Assembly: GCA_010909165.1 (NCBI GenBank)
Contig: MU008149.1
Coordinates: 372,001 to 436,000 of the forward strand
Origin: Anthoceros angustus
Lineage: Eukaryota; Plantae; Anthocerotophyta
Reading direction: 5' to 3'
Length of the DNA: 64,000 bases
Shown here: positions 48,665 through 61,720 of the stretch, piece by piece
Numbering within the stretch: the stretch's first letter is position 1
Layout of the letters: each line of letters starts with the position of its first letter
Position numbers and translations under genes: made by a program
The notes under the pieces: generated by a model
Databases searched by the model: none
What the model saw: only the letters and a program-made list of their open reading frames with translations
Told to the model about the DNA's origin: nothing

Positions 48665-51600
48665 ATCTACCTATGCCTTTGCAATTTGAATCTTTTTGAC
48701 CAATGATTGATAACAATATGTGGCGCTCAGAACTAGGCCAACATCCAAATCACACAAGCCACCCATACGATTGATGACGAGATGGAAATGGCTATGCTAC
48801 TCAATTGTAAAATTCCTAAGAGGATGAAAATTGAGCCCCATGCAATCACAAAAAACTCAGCTAACATAAACAAAACGCATGGAGTTCTTCCTTCAAACAA
48901 CGAGATGACCACCACCGTCAGCGGCAAACACATGCGTTGCACCAGCACTACACCAAGTACGATGTGATGAAGACCCACCATAACTTGATTGGACCATCAA
49001 ACTTCCTCGCCAATACGGTGAGGGAACGAAATGATGCCAAGTGAGAGTTTCAAAGCAAATGGGATATTCACAAATTGGATATCTACTTGCGGTCATTAGC
49101 TTCAACACGATTGATTGTTCCATGGCCATTCCACCCTCACCTCCACTCCATTGATTGTTCCATGGCCATTTCCACCCTGTACATCCACTCCATCATCCGA
49201 GTGGTCATTTCCACCTAGTGTCTTCACTTCACCCTGTGACTGATGATGAGCACTGCCAGCTTCATCTTGATGTGACGAGAAACCCAACGCTACCGCCTTT
49301 GTCCCGGGCGATGAATTTTCAGCCCTGAATCCGAAATCCACCACTATAAACCCCTCTTCTTCTAATTCACTCATGATGAAAAATTTCACTTGAAGTCCTT
49401 GTTTCCCACCAAGGAGATGCCACACGAGCTAAGCAGCAAAGCGTGAAGATTAAAGGATAAGGGGACCCAACAATGTTTATGTAAATCCTGGGGTCTACGC
49501 CAACATATATAGTCTTCTATAGGTGTAATCTCTCGATAAGAAGAGATCAGCTTATTACAAATTGAAACATTTATATTAAATACTCGATAGTACTGTTAAG
49601 GTGTTGTTAAGGTGTATCTGACTTTAAGCGTCAACTATGTATCCGGACCTACAGACACATGCATGGGAAGGTAAGGTTACTAGACCGTATTCTTGCCCGT
49701 GACAAGATTGTGCCAAATCTTGATTAGGGTCACCTTGGACTATCGATATGGCGAGTTGAGCGGCGATGAACTCACGCAATGAACCCGATCAAGCGGGCAT
49801 ACGCATACATCAAGGGTGATAGGGTGAGGTCACAGCCAACGAACAAAGTGATCAATCAAACATGATCGATGATGTCCAAGCGTGGGCACTCCAACACCCA
49901 CTTATTTTACACTCCATTCGTTATACCAACGTATGACTTGGGGCGACCATGCGTCTAGCCTAGGGTATATATGGCCATTCCATTCGGGAGACTTTACCAT
50001 ACACCTTCTCGCACAAGAAATCAAGGTCACGAGAGTTCAAGAGAGCGTGGCCTCAACGCTGCAGTAAGGAGAGATCCTCTCAGAATGGGCACAAGGATGA
50101 CAGGCTCGGCACTGTTTCTTATTGTACTTTCTGGCGAGGAAAATGGAATACAATTTTATAGGATGTCCAAGGCATCTTTTCCCTCACGCTTTAACTGGTG
50201 ATGTGAGCCTTGTAAGTTGTGGCCACTGCACGTTTTCCCATAGCAGTCCTATAGCTCACGGATGCAGCTCTCATGTCCACAGTACTCGCCGGCTCTTTCT
50301 TGACAAAAGCACAATCTAATCTACCTATGCCTTTGCAATTTGAATCTTTTTGACCAATGATTGATAACAATATGTGGCGCTCAGAACTAGGCCAACATCC
50401 AAATCACACAAGCCACCCATACGATTGATGACGAGATGGAAATGGCTATGCTACTCAATTGTAAAATTCCTAAGAGGATGAAAATTGAGCCCCATGCAAT
50501 CACAAAAAACTCAGCTAACATAAACAAACGTGCGACAAGCCGAGTTCTTCCTTCAAACAACGAGATGACCACCACCCGTGCGGCAAACACCGCTGCGTTT
50601 GCACCAAGCACTACACCAAGTACAGTAGCGATGAAGACCCACCATAACTTGATTGGACCATCCAAACTTCCTCGCCAATACAGTAGGAACGAACAAATGA
50701 TGCCAAGTGAGAGTTTCAAAGCAAATGGGATATTCACAAATTGGATATCTACTTGCTGGTCATTGGCTTCAACACGATTGATTGTTCCATGGCCATTCCC
50801 ACCCTCTACCTCCACTCCATTGATTGTTCCATGGCCATTTCCACCCTGTACATCCACTCCATCATCCGAGTGGTCATTTCCACCTAGTGTCTTCACTTCA
50901 CCCTGTGACTGATGATGAGCACTGCCAGCTTCATCTTGATGTGACGAGAAACCCAACGCTACCGCCTTTGTCCCGGGCGATGAATTTTCAGCCCTGAATC
51001 CGAAATCCACCACTATAAACCCCTCTTCTTCTAATTCACTCATGATGAAAAATTTCGCCCAGAATCCCTTGTTTCCCCACCAAGGAGATGCCACACGAGC
51101 TAAACGCACAAACGTGTACAAGAAGATTAAAGGATAAGGGGACCCAACAATGTTTATGTAAATCCTGGGGTCTACGCCAACATATATAGTCTTCTATAGG
51201 TGTAATCTCTCGATAAGAAGAGATCAGCTTATTACAAATTGAAACATTTATATTAAATACTCGATAGTACTGTTAAGGTGTTGTTAAGGTGTATCTGACT
51301 TTAAGCGTCAACTATGTATCCGGACCTACAGACACATGCATGGGAAGGTAAGGTTACTAGACCGTATTCTTGCCCGTGACAAGATTGTGCCAAATACTGA
51401 TAGGGTCACCCTTCAGACTATCAGCATATGGCGAGTTGAAACTGAGCGATGAACTGGCTGCAATGAACCCGAGCGCATACGCATACATCAAGGGTGATAG
51501 GGTGAGGTCACGACCAGCGAACAAAGTGATCAATCGCAAACATGATCGATGATGTCCAAGCGGCACTCCAACACCCACTTATTTTACACTCGTTATACGA

Positions 51601-51979
51601 ACGTATGACTTGAAGGGCGACCATGCCTAGCCTAGGGTATATGGCCATTCCAAATAACGGAGACTTTACCACACCTTCTACGCAAGAAATCAAGGTCACA
51701 GGCGAGAGTTCAAGAGAGCGTGGCCTCAACGTCGATGAAAGGGAGATCCTCTCAAGAATGGGCACAAGGATGGGCTCACTGTTTGTTGTACTTTCAGCAG
51801 AAATGGAATACAATTTTATAGGATGTCCAAGGCATCTTTTCCTACGCTTTAACCACAAGGTGATCTTGTAAGTTGTGGCCACTCACGTTTTCCCATAGCG
51901 CCCCTATAGCTCACGGATGCAGCTCTCATGTCCACAGTACTCATGCTGGCTCTTTCTTGACAAAAGCACAATCTAATCT
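48665..51979. repeat. 1.65-kb tandem duplication (48665-50318 and 50319-51979)
   Basis: Both units start atctacctatgcctttgc and end gacaaaagcacaatcta. The first copy has many small deletions. Confidence 0.95.
50387..51043 (-). CDS. Candidate orphan 218-aa protein with a hydrophilic Gly/His/Asp N-terminus and ~4 C-terminal transmembrane segments; frameshifted copy at 48733-49374
   Basis: ATG at 51043 (MSELEEEG), TATATA ~140 nt upstream, repeated GGNGHGTIN, and a strongly hydrophobic C-terminal half ending at a stop. Confidence 0.5.
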   Translation of the reverse strand: MSELEEEGFIVVDFGFRAENSSPGTKAVALGFSSHQDEAGSAHHQSQGEVKTLGGNDHSDDGVDVQGGNGHGTINGVEVEGGNGHGTINRVEANDQQVDIQFVNIPFALKLSLGIICSFLLYWRGSLDGPIKLWWVFIATVLGVVLGANAAVFAARVVVISLFEGRTRLVARLFMLAEFFVIAWGSIFILLGILQLSSIAISISSSIVWVACVIWMLA

Positions 51980-52013
51980 TCCTCCTAACAGTACTGAGCT
52001 GCTAATTAATCAT

Positions 52014-52246
52014 ATTAAATATATCATTATAATGCCAGCATGGGCATTATAATGATATATTTAATTGCTGAAAATTGAAAATATAAATATTTATGTTGAA
52101 CCTTATAACATTTATGCTGAAATCTGAATAAGCATATTGGATAATGCTGAAAGTGATTTCAGCATTATCCAATAGGATAATGCTGAAATCATTTTTTTTT
52201 GAAAAAAAAAAGGTTCAACATAAATATTTATATTTTCAAATTTTCA
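52014..52246. repeat. AT-rich cluster of perfect and nested inverted repeats
   Basis: 23-bp perfect stem (52014-52036/52043-52065), 17-bp perfect stem (52136-52173) and ~35-bp outer arms (about 52070-52104/52210-52246). Confidence 0.92.
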
Positions 52247-52799
52247 AAATTTATGAAAAATAATTGTATTAATTTTTAATATTTTTTAAAATAGATATGT
52301 ATCTATATAGAACTAATGGATATGTATAGACCTCCCCTAAACAGGCCCTAATTTTCCACACAAACCCTAGTTTCCTTATTTTCGGCATCTTAAACTCATA
52401 AATTTTGTAATGATTTAGTATAATAATTTCTGGATTTCTCAATTTTACTAATTACCTCATTCAGTTGCACGATCGAGCAAGAACATCAACCATACATGCA
52501 GATGGTGCTCATTAGGTTTGATGCCGTGATTGATTGTGGCGCGACTTGTTGGCCGGCCGGTAGGCGCGCAATCCGTGCCGTTGTAGTAAGGAGTCCGTTC
52601 CCAAAGGAATGATGGGCTCGTGTACCGCGTTCGCGATTCTCCTCACTTTGCGTCCGTTTAGACTCAGCGCGCACACATTCGCCAGTTGCGTCTAACTACT
52701 GCATAGCGTTCACGGTTGAAGCGTTTAAGGGCGTCCGCGTCCGTATCGTTCTCGTTCGTCACGTTCCTCTAGTCCGTTCCTCTCCTACTCTTACTACAC

Positions 52800-55700
52800 T
52801 CGTCGTCTCTTGGGAAAGCGGGTGGCAGCGATCCGGACCTCCTCCGTCGTTCTACCAGGCCTCTCCGTCCGGGCTCTACCCCTCCGTCCCTGGCTCACTC
52901 GTTCGGTCCTTTGATGGACCTGCTCCGGACGAGCAAGGGTCTGTCGCTCTTCCCTGCACACCACCACCGTTAGGGTCGTCACGGGCCGGGATCGATCTCT
53001 CGGGGCATGTGCACCTTTCGGACTCGGGCCTCACGTTAGCAAGAAGACTCACAAGTGCAAAAGCGGCTTCTACCCCAAGAGAAGATGATTTATTGAGCGA
53101 CCTCGGCCCTCTTATACTCGCCCAAGTCGGCGTCTTTATTACCCTAATGCAGTGGTGGCGGCTCGATGCATGTCGGCCGCCTACCATCCTATTCCTCCTC
53201 CTATCTCCTTCGTCGGCGGTGGGGCTGGGAAGGTCGTTCCGCCTCATTGGTGGTCAATCTCCCGTCACGGCGATTCGCAGGCGCATCGGATGATCCGCGG
53301 ACCCCTTCCTCTTCCGGAATCACAGCCGGGTTGGGCTCGTGATGCGGCGGCCGTTACCCTAACGTCGTCCCCCGGCCCCGGTGGGTCCCCTTATGAGACC
53401 ACCGTGTCTGCTCCCCCGGTAAGTCGGAGGGACTCCTCCTTGCCGAGTCGGACCTCGGGTCGGTCTCGACTCGGAACGAGTCATCTTATTCCTGAGTCGT
53501 CTGCTGGGTCCGGTCTCATCTCACAGGGGTTCGGACCTCGGTCGAACTTATTCTGGTCCGGTCCCCAAGCTCCGGACCCCTTGTCTGCGGACCTCTTGCT
53601 AGGTCCTCATCCCTTCCACAGGCCCTTGTCTTGGGTGGTTTGGCTCCTCCTTGCGCCGCGCCTCTATCTTCCGGCGGGTTGCGGTGGACTTACCACAGGA
53701 TTCGTTGTATTGGCGCGTCTGCTCCTCTGAGGCTCTTCTCCCTTCCGTCGTCTCCAAGCAGGCCACTAGGGTCCCCGTCTGTCCCCATGCCCTTCATCCC
53801 TTGAGCCTTCCGGGGTCCGTCTCATGGCGGGCGAGGCTTCAATGCCTTAAGAGCTCGGCGTGGTAGTAGGCAAAATCCGAGTCAATTCTTTGGATTGCCT
53901 CTTCCACATGTGCGGAGCACCGATACTCCCTTCGCCATTGGTGCTCGGGGCGTCTTTGTCCGGCTTCTTTGGACCATCCCTCTGCCGAGTTCGTTGGGCG
54001 GGCGAATCTCGAGGCCACAAGGGCCTCGGTCACCTCCTGCCGCCTGTTGCTCACTTTGCTCCGGCTCCGTCGTTTTGCTCTGCCCGGCTTACGCCATAGC
54101 GGCGCTCCTTCCGCCTTCCTTGGACCAGCGGCTTCTTTTGCGTCCGGTGCTCTCGCTCCCGTTTATTACGGCCGTTAGCTCGCCATCTCCCTCTCCAGGT
54201 CGGGCAACTCTGCGGTGCGGGCTTCGAGTCCTTCTCCATTTCGGCGTGACTCCTGTTCCATGCCATGCCACTTCCTCCGTCCATGAGCTGGAGCGCTCTA
54301 TCTCGTTCGATCAGATCACGCCTGCGATACCATTCCTCTCAATGGTAACTTGGGCTGCGGCTCGAGTCTCCTGCGGTCTTCCATCTCCTGCTGTGCTCCA
54401 CCTCGCATGGCGGGCCGGAGATCCTCCATCTCCTTGCATGGGCTTCCTCCTCCTCGGCATGGTGGCCCGTACACTCCGCCGCCTCCTGCTCCTTCTTGAG
54501 TTAGCCGCTATCCTGCGTCTCCCTCCACGGTTCGATCACGCCGATAGTGATCGCGGTCGGTCTTAGCGGCTTCGCCTCCTCATTGCCTTCACGGGCTTCG
54601 CCCACTTGGCGGGTCGGGCGGTCAAGCCTTCTGCGCCGGGCCTCCTGCCTCTGCTGCTACTCCTCTCGCTGCGGTCTTGACCCTTGGGCCTCCTTGGTGC
54701 TCACCCGGTGAAGGAATTTAGTCAGTCTGTCGAATGGACGGACTTCCTCTCGGCCTCCTGCGTTTCCCTTCTTGATGCGGCCGAGGCTTGCCTTCCTCCT
54801 TGCCTCTGGGGCGCCTCCAGCTCTGGAGGAGCACCATCGCCTCTGGTGGCTTCTACTTCACAGGTCTTCTCGGTGTCCATGAGACCCCAAAGCACTCTGG
54901 TCCATGCGGTGGCAGGAACCGTGTCTCTTCCACGGCCGCCAGTGAGACCCCACGTCCGTAGTGGGAGGCGGGCATCTCACGCAGTCCAGGACCTCCATAC
55001 CAGTCCGGGAGTAAGTCGGTGGGGTTCTCCAGTTAATCGCCCTTAGGTCACGATTCTTGACTCGAGCTTCACCCTCCTTAGCCCTCTTGGCGCCAATTCC
55101 TTATTGCCCTCTTAGTCACAGGGCTCGGAGGGTGAGGGTCGGGCGGCCTTGCCTCTCGGTCAGCAGGGGGGCTCGGGTGGGGTTCTGCGGTGACCCCCTG
55201 CTCCTTGGGCGGCGTCCCTTTCTCTTCTTCACCGCCTCTTGACCTCTTGCCACTCCGTGGCGGGGTAGAGCCTGAGCACACAGGGGTCTTTGCGTTAGCG
55301 GATGGCACCGTCTTCCGCCTCTTGATTTGAGTCGTCGGGGCTCCTCTGCTTGTGGGTGGTGGGTGACATGTGTCGGCGTCTCTGCTGCCTTTGGTTGCTC
55401 GTGAGGCACCAAGAGGAGGAAGCGGGGATATCTTCCACACTTCCACAGGTGGTGAGGGTCCTCAGACGTATGGAGTCAGTATCCCTTCGATCGTCCTCCT
55501 CCGGACCGTTTGGCCCTAGGGGTGGGCCTCCCCCTCAGGCGCCCTTGCAGCTCCGGTAGGGCCGCCCCCTTTCCGGGCGCCCGCTCGATCTCCCCATCCT
55601 TGAGGGCTCGTAATGTCCCCATACATGGATCGGTATGGGGATAGTCAGAAGCGAGGGCTTCTCGCTCCCTCGGGCCTCACAGGCTGAACAGGCGAAGATA

Positions 55701-56830
55701 ATCCTTCCCAGTCGCCCTCTTGCCCGCAGCGCATGCGGGAACACCCAAATTATCACCAAGGTGATCCACCTTGGTGAGCAAGTTCCAATGGACAATGATG
55801 GGCTGACCCTCACTCTGCATCCGGCGGTCCGATATCAACCGGTGTTGGTTGTCCATTGCGTTCGGGCCTCGCCATCGCCGCCCGCTCTATCTTCCCCTCG
55901 CCTTGAGGGCTCGGGACTCGCCCCATCTTCCTCCTTTGGGCGGTTGTAGGCCGCCCTCGGGACCTCAAGGTCCATCGCAGGATCCTCCGGAGGTTCTTGG
56001 ACGAACCTCCTTGTTGGCCGCCAACATCTTGGCGAACTCCGGACCCGGTGTGTCAAGCGTCGAACGACTGGAACACGTCTAAGTGCCACTCCTCGACTAA
56101 TCCTCCGCTTCCTCCGACCATGGCCCAAAGTCCGGAGTAGCGCCGGGTCACAATGTTGCGCCTACCAGTTCCATGGCTCCCGGACCTCCATGACCTTTTT
56201 GGGTGCCATCGCCTTCTTCTCCCTTCGCCGTAGCGCTGTCGAGACCGGCACGATGCGCCTGGCTGTCACGCCCAACCCCAACGGTGAGCCGGCCAAGATG
56301 CCCGAGCTGCTCAAAGAGATAGCGCCAGAGAGCCGGGTTAAGTGAGCGCAAGAGATCGAGAATTGTCTCGAGGTCGCGCAGAAATGACCTCCTCCGCCGC
56401 CTGCTGAAGTAATCGGGCGGAAGGTGCCTCTTCATCCGTGGCTTTAAGTGCGCATGGCTTACCGCCTTACGCCTCCGCTTACTCCGCCTTACCGCCACGT
56501 ATTTCTAGTCGCCACGCCGCCCTGGGGCGTGAATACCGCTTATAACGCCTCGGCACCCCCTACGGCCCCGGTCCGTGATGCCCGTCCTCCTCTGACCGCT
56601 CACGTGGGCTCGCTGCTCGCCCAAACTCCTAAGTTACTTTACTTGGATTTATCTTATCCTGCGAGGTGGTCCGACTGCTCGCGCATTGCGGTCCGACCCA
56701 ACCCTCGGCTCCAGAATTCCGAGTCCCGGAACCCACTCGAGTGTAGTCCGAGTACGCCATATTCCTTCCTTTCCGCCTTATTTCTACTGACCTATGAAAA
56801 AACAAAACCCGACTCATTTCCTAACCTAAG
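52800..56830 (-). mobile_element. Degenerate GC-rich ORF-bearing repeat of unknown class (probably a retroelement accessory region); inverted relative at 60300-61720
   Basis: EDPAMDLEVPRAAYNRPKEE resembles EDPRRWTLEVLRAVYNRPAEE. The upstream block is also shared (aaataaggcggaaa, cggacta..ctc..agtgggt, ccacgtg). Confidence 0.55.
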
Positions 56831-56834
56831 GAAG

Positions 56835-57187
56835 TCATAGTCCACAATCGTCCATCATCGGGTTTGAGAATGCTTTGGTGGCTCTACCAAACCGACGACA
56901 AAAGTGTGAGAAACAGAGGAAAGTAGTAGCATCGAGCTCAACTCTATGCTGCTTGCATTTCTTGAAAACATCAAAAACCATTTCATTATTATTGCATTGG
57001 GCATAGCCATTCGTGAGCATTCCATGTCACCACATCTTTGTGGGCAATCTTTCAAATACTCTCCGTGCATCCTCTATGCTCCCACATTTTAAATACATGT
57101 CGACAAGGCTGCTTCCGATAATTACATCAGATTCCAGGGCTCTGTCCTTAATCTCAGAGTGAAGATCCTTGCCCTGTTTATTAGCAG
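56835..57187 (-). pseudogene. PLS PPR fragment
   Basis: QGKDLHSEIKDRALESDVIIGSSLVDMYLKCGSIEDARRVFERLP..DVVTWNA..GYAQ...DATTFL. Confidence 0.88.
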
Positions 57188-58099
57188 ATCGATATCGCGG
57201 TGGTACTGGGAATGATGCACGGTGATTGGATGCAATTGCATTCGATCCCTTTCAGATAGCGTTAGCCGGACCCTCCAACTCGTGCCAGCTACCTTCATGG
57301 GTTCAAGGAGGAAGTGGCTCTGATTCTCAAGTGGACACACCATTGCATCGAGGGCGACCCTCAAGGATTCAACCCCGTGGTCAACGACCTCATACAATCT
57401 GTGCAGTGGCCGGACGGCGTCATCACCCAGCCAGTTGAGGAGCCCGCGTCTACAGGTGTACCTGTATTATTGGCCTCTCTCCTTAGTCCTCAAAGGGAGA
57501 CGACTGCTCCGCCTGCAAAGAGCCAGCAACTTCAATTCCAGAAGAGCCAACCCTTTGAGTCTGAGGCCTTTGTTTGCTCTCCCATATGTTGGACGCTATT
57601 CTACACCGCTCTTTGACATCGACAGCTTGTCTCCATCTCATAGTGTCTCATAGTTAGAAGAAAAAGCAGACCACGTTGGTTTCGTATCATGTTGGTTAGT
57701 CTAACTAGGCCTTAGCTTTAAATGTAGTTAGTTAACTAGCAAGCTAGCGAAAGGACACAACCCTTCGTAACCCTTTAAAAGCCCACCTATGAACCTAAAC
57801 CTCAGTTGATTGTTTATCATTCTTAGTAAAGCATCTGCTTGATGCAAGACGCTTCCGCATGGCATTTCTAACTCTCATGGTCTCTAGTGCAAGCTTTAGG
57901 ATGTCTAGGAGGGATTGCATCTCCGAGGGTGACAATCTGACCAAGGTTGCTATGGGAATACTTTTGCTAGCGGACTAGCCGGGTGCACACTTATAACCCA
58001 TTATCGTGTAGTCATTGGTTCGGTCCCAAGGGAACGGATCATGCTACTTCTGCGTCTAGTTTCTCCGATCCTACCTATGCTAAATGAAACCTTGCCGCC

Positions 58100-59870
58100 G
58101 GACTTGCCTCTAACCTCTCAAACTCCTGCTTGAGGAAACGCTCAAGGTGCCGGATGGTTTCCAACAGCCAGCGCCAATCCTAACAGCCCATTGGAAATTC
58201 CACGTGTGCGCGTGTTACTTGTTCCACCGGACGTCGGGTGGTCTGCCAGACGAGCACCCGACGGAGTGAAATTCCTGCTACCCTTGTAGGAATTTACTTC
58301 GATGTTGTATAGGCTTCTCATCAATCGATCTCGGCCAACAGAACTCGAAAATAGAGGCGTACCGCCAAATTCCCCTTGTGCCAGAAGAAGTACCGGGGGA
58401 CAACCCTACTCGTAGGACTAGGTGATCACCTCGACATACCACTTGCTGGAGGACCAGCCGCCTTAGGGTATAACCTCGCGCCATGAACTCAGCCCGCCCC
58501 AGCTTCCTCACATGAACCAAGTTCTTTCTCATATATCACACTATCTACCAAAGGCAGACACAACTGGTTGAGGTCCAACGAACCCAGACGTTTAAAGACT
58601 CGTCCATGCCCTTCAATTAGACTCCGCTAGCTTTCCTTCCACTCGCTTCTCATCGTCTTGGTCTCCAACCTCCAACCTTCTTCCTCTCCCGCTCGTCAAT
58701 CTTGCTTAGCTTGGGATGCCAGCATTCCGGGGCATGCAAACCATCCGCTGCGCTTCCATGGCTGTTGCTTCCACGTTGGGCGGGGATGTGACCTTCCAGC
58801 CGGCTGTCAGCTCCAGCCTCTCCATTCCAGCGGCCTCCCAGTGCACGCGCCGCTCAAGGCCCTTGCTCTCAAGGGGCCGGACCTTGTGCTCTCCATAACT
58901 TGCACCAGCCACCACATATAAGCGAGGCTTGCCACCAGAGCCCAGGATTTCTTTTCCTACATCAGTCCACCCGCTTGGTGACGTGGGCAATGCGTCCACT
59001 CTCCACATGGTGGAGGGAAACCATGGACACAAATTCAAACTAAAAAAAGAATCAAATTACAGAGACAGCAACCTCCCCTCTTATACGGCTCCCAAGGCTG
59101 CGCCTTCATGACAACCATAGCTGGCATTGTCAGCTACCCTCTATCAACTAACCTAACCACTTACTATCCGCTGCTTGATACCGGATCACCCCCGCATGTG
59201 CCTACCTTCGCCAATGGCGACTGGGGCGTGGGCCTGGCCAATTCCCCTTATCGGAGGCCTCGTACCCCTTTTCGGTCATGAAGGGGTGTCCAAGCGGATT
59301 ATCCTTGACCCTGCCTACCTGTAGTAGCCCGGGCCTCCACTTCCCCAAAATTGGATCCCCCTCCCAGACCCACTCTGATGGGCGATCCCCCCACCGCATC
59401 CGCCTCGGCTTTCACCAACAATAGCATAGGGTTCTTGGGATTTCCCCCTCACCTGCAGCCATCCGCCGAGTCATCTTGCTCCTGTGGGAGGTGGGTCAAC
59501 ACCTCCATCTTCAGACTCCCCTACTCCCGGAGTCGGTCCCCGTCCTCTGGCGCCACTTCTCCTAGCGCTGGCTCCGTCTCCTCCAGGTCTGATGGCATGG
59601 TCCCCACCCTGCCGGGAGCCTAGATGTCTACTAGCTCCACTTCTTCACTCCCCGCCAGACTACTTGATACTGGACCCAACTGTGTTGCCTGTAGTTCTGG
59701 ACAGCATACCTCTTTGGCTGCCAGGGTTGGAGACCTTTTCGCCTATGGAACGCAAAAGTTTGGGCCACTAGATCAAGTGAGTTTGTTTTGGAACAAGTCC
59801 AAGTTCTTTTCATTAGAAATGATTTCGAGGAAACATGCCATAACTTTTTTGGTTCTTTTGAAGTTGGAGC
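58100..59870 (-). mobile_element. Highly degenerate Gypsy-like gag/pol relic
   Basis: Weak resemblance to RT C-terminal (NLVHVRKL...RGYTL) and RNase H (ISNGLLGLALAVGNHP) segments. No YxDD motif seen. Confidence 0.35.
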
Positions 59871-60299
59871 CATAGGACAGTGTTATGAAGGTAGGGAGAA
59901 AGCTTATGAGGAAGGTAGGGAGGACGCTTAGGTAGGGTTGAAATGACCTTGTGACGAGGAGAGTAGGTGCCAAACGTGAACGGTAGGGGTGCACCTACTG
60001 TGGTAGGAAAGCAACCTACCATGGTAAGTAGGTACTTACCACCATAGGGAGGCAACCTACCAAGGTAGGTGAGCACCTACCACCGTAGGTAGGAGCGTAG
60101 GTTACACAAGCATAAGGCAGAATAGGGTAGCTATATATGTAGTCTTTTAGTGGACTAGATAAATAGACCGAAATAGGAATTTAAGTAATTAGAGGCCAAT
60201 TTGGGAAAATAGAAAAATTAGGAAGATAGAGAAAATAGCACTTTAAGATAAGGCGAGTTGGGAAACTCCTATCAACGGTGGAGAAAAAGGCCACGTGGT

Positions 60300-61720
60300 G
60301 CACGTGGACAAGGAAAGAACTGTGGACTCCCCTTTAGGAAGATGATAGATGGATTTTTTTTTGTTTTCTTTAGTGTATGGTGTGGAAAATAAGGCGGAAA
60401 AGGGACAATAAGGTTGAAGAGGGGGAATTGCGATGGACAAGGAGACGGAAGAAAAGGTCAGGGCCGGACAACGTTGGACTAAACTCCTGAGAAGGTCACT
60501 TCGGACTAAACTCTACAGTGGGTCACTCCGGAAAAAACCCCAGAGCAGAACAAGGTAAGTCTGCTGGAAAAGGTAACTGTGGAAAAAGGGTGGAGCGTAA
60601 TAGGCAAGCGGGCCACGTGGACGGTGTTGAGTGGAGGATGGACATGCAGCGGACCAGGACCGCAGAGTTATCATCGACCATTATAGGTAGGTAACCACGA
60701 CCCAAGGACAACGCCAAGAAGGCGGCGGGCGTAAAGTTGGACTACGATGCGGGACTCGCGATTCACGGCGAAAGGGCGTCTTCCTACCACATCGATTCGC
60801 CCGGCCGATCTTGAGAAGACCATCTTTCCGGCCGACTTCTCGACAGTTTTCGCAGTCGCTCGCGCTTAGACACCCCGCTCTTTGGCTTTCTCTTCCGACG
60901 TTCGAGCGCAGCGCCAAGCGATCTTCGCCGTCAAACAGCGCGCCCATCTATTTTGAACTCTGAAGCCTCGTGGGAAGTATCTCAGTCCTCCATACCTCAG
61001 CGCCTGATCAAGCGGAGCGCAAGCATGGGACCCAAGAAGGCGGCGGAGGTTTGGGAGCCCTGGCGCATGGTAGAGAAGAACATCATCGCGCTACCTGGAT
61101 TTTGGTGGCCGAGGCGGAGGAGGCAGGAGTGGGGGTATGACATTTTCCAAGCGGTATGGACCTTTGATAAGCGTCATGTGCATGCGAGAATCGCCGGAAG
61201 ATGTTGGCTGCAGCCACCAAGGTTGTCCGCTCCAAAAGCTTGCGGGAGGACCCAAGGAGGTGGACACTGGAGGTCCTTAGGGCGGTCTATAATCGCCCGG
61301 CAGAGGAGGTAGGGGGGGTGGTGCCGGAGCCCCTGAAGGTGAAAGGGAAGGTGGAAGCTGCCAAGGTGGCGCTCTTGAGGCCGGGGACGTAGCAGTCCTC
61401 CAATGGTTGGCTCATGTCGGACTGCTTGGACCCGGGTGGTGATGGCGAAAATTATCTTCTGGGTGCGATGTCAAGGTAGACCACCTTGGTGACAATTTGT
61501 TGGTCTTTTCTGCACGCCCTCCAGAGGGGCAAGAGGGTGGATTGGGGGGCGAATCATCTTCGCTTGTATCGCTCCGGAGGCGAGAAATCTGCGGAACGAG
61601 AGGCCGCCCCCGTTGGCGTTGTCTCCGTTCATCGTCCATGTATGGGGACACCTCAACCTCATGAAGGAAGGAGAGGAGGAACGAGTCCTCCGGAGGGGGC
61701 TGCCGACCTTACCGGAGGCA
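60300..61720 (+). mobile_element. Second, inverted and truncated copy of the 52800-56830 family
   Basis: Protein and upstream similarity as listed for 52800-56830. Confidence 0.55.

Noticed and set aside
52800-56500. Many overlapping + strand ORFs of 100-220 aa
   Set aside because: They are GC-rich shadow frames of a degenerate - strand sequence with no recognisable domains.
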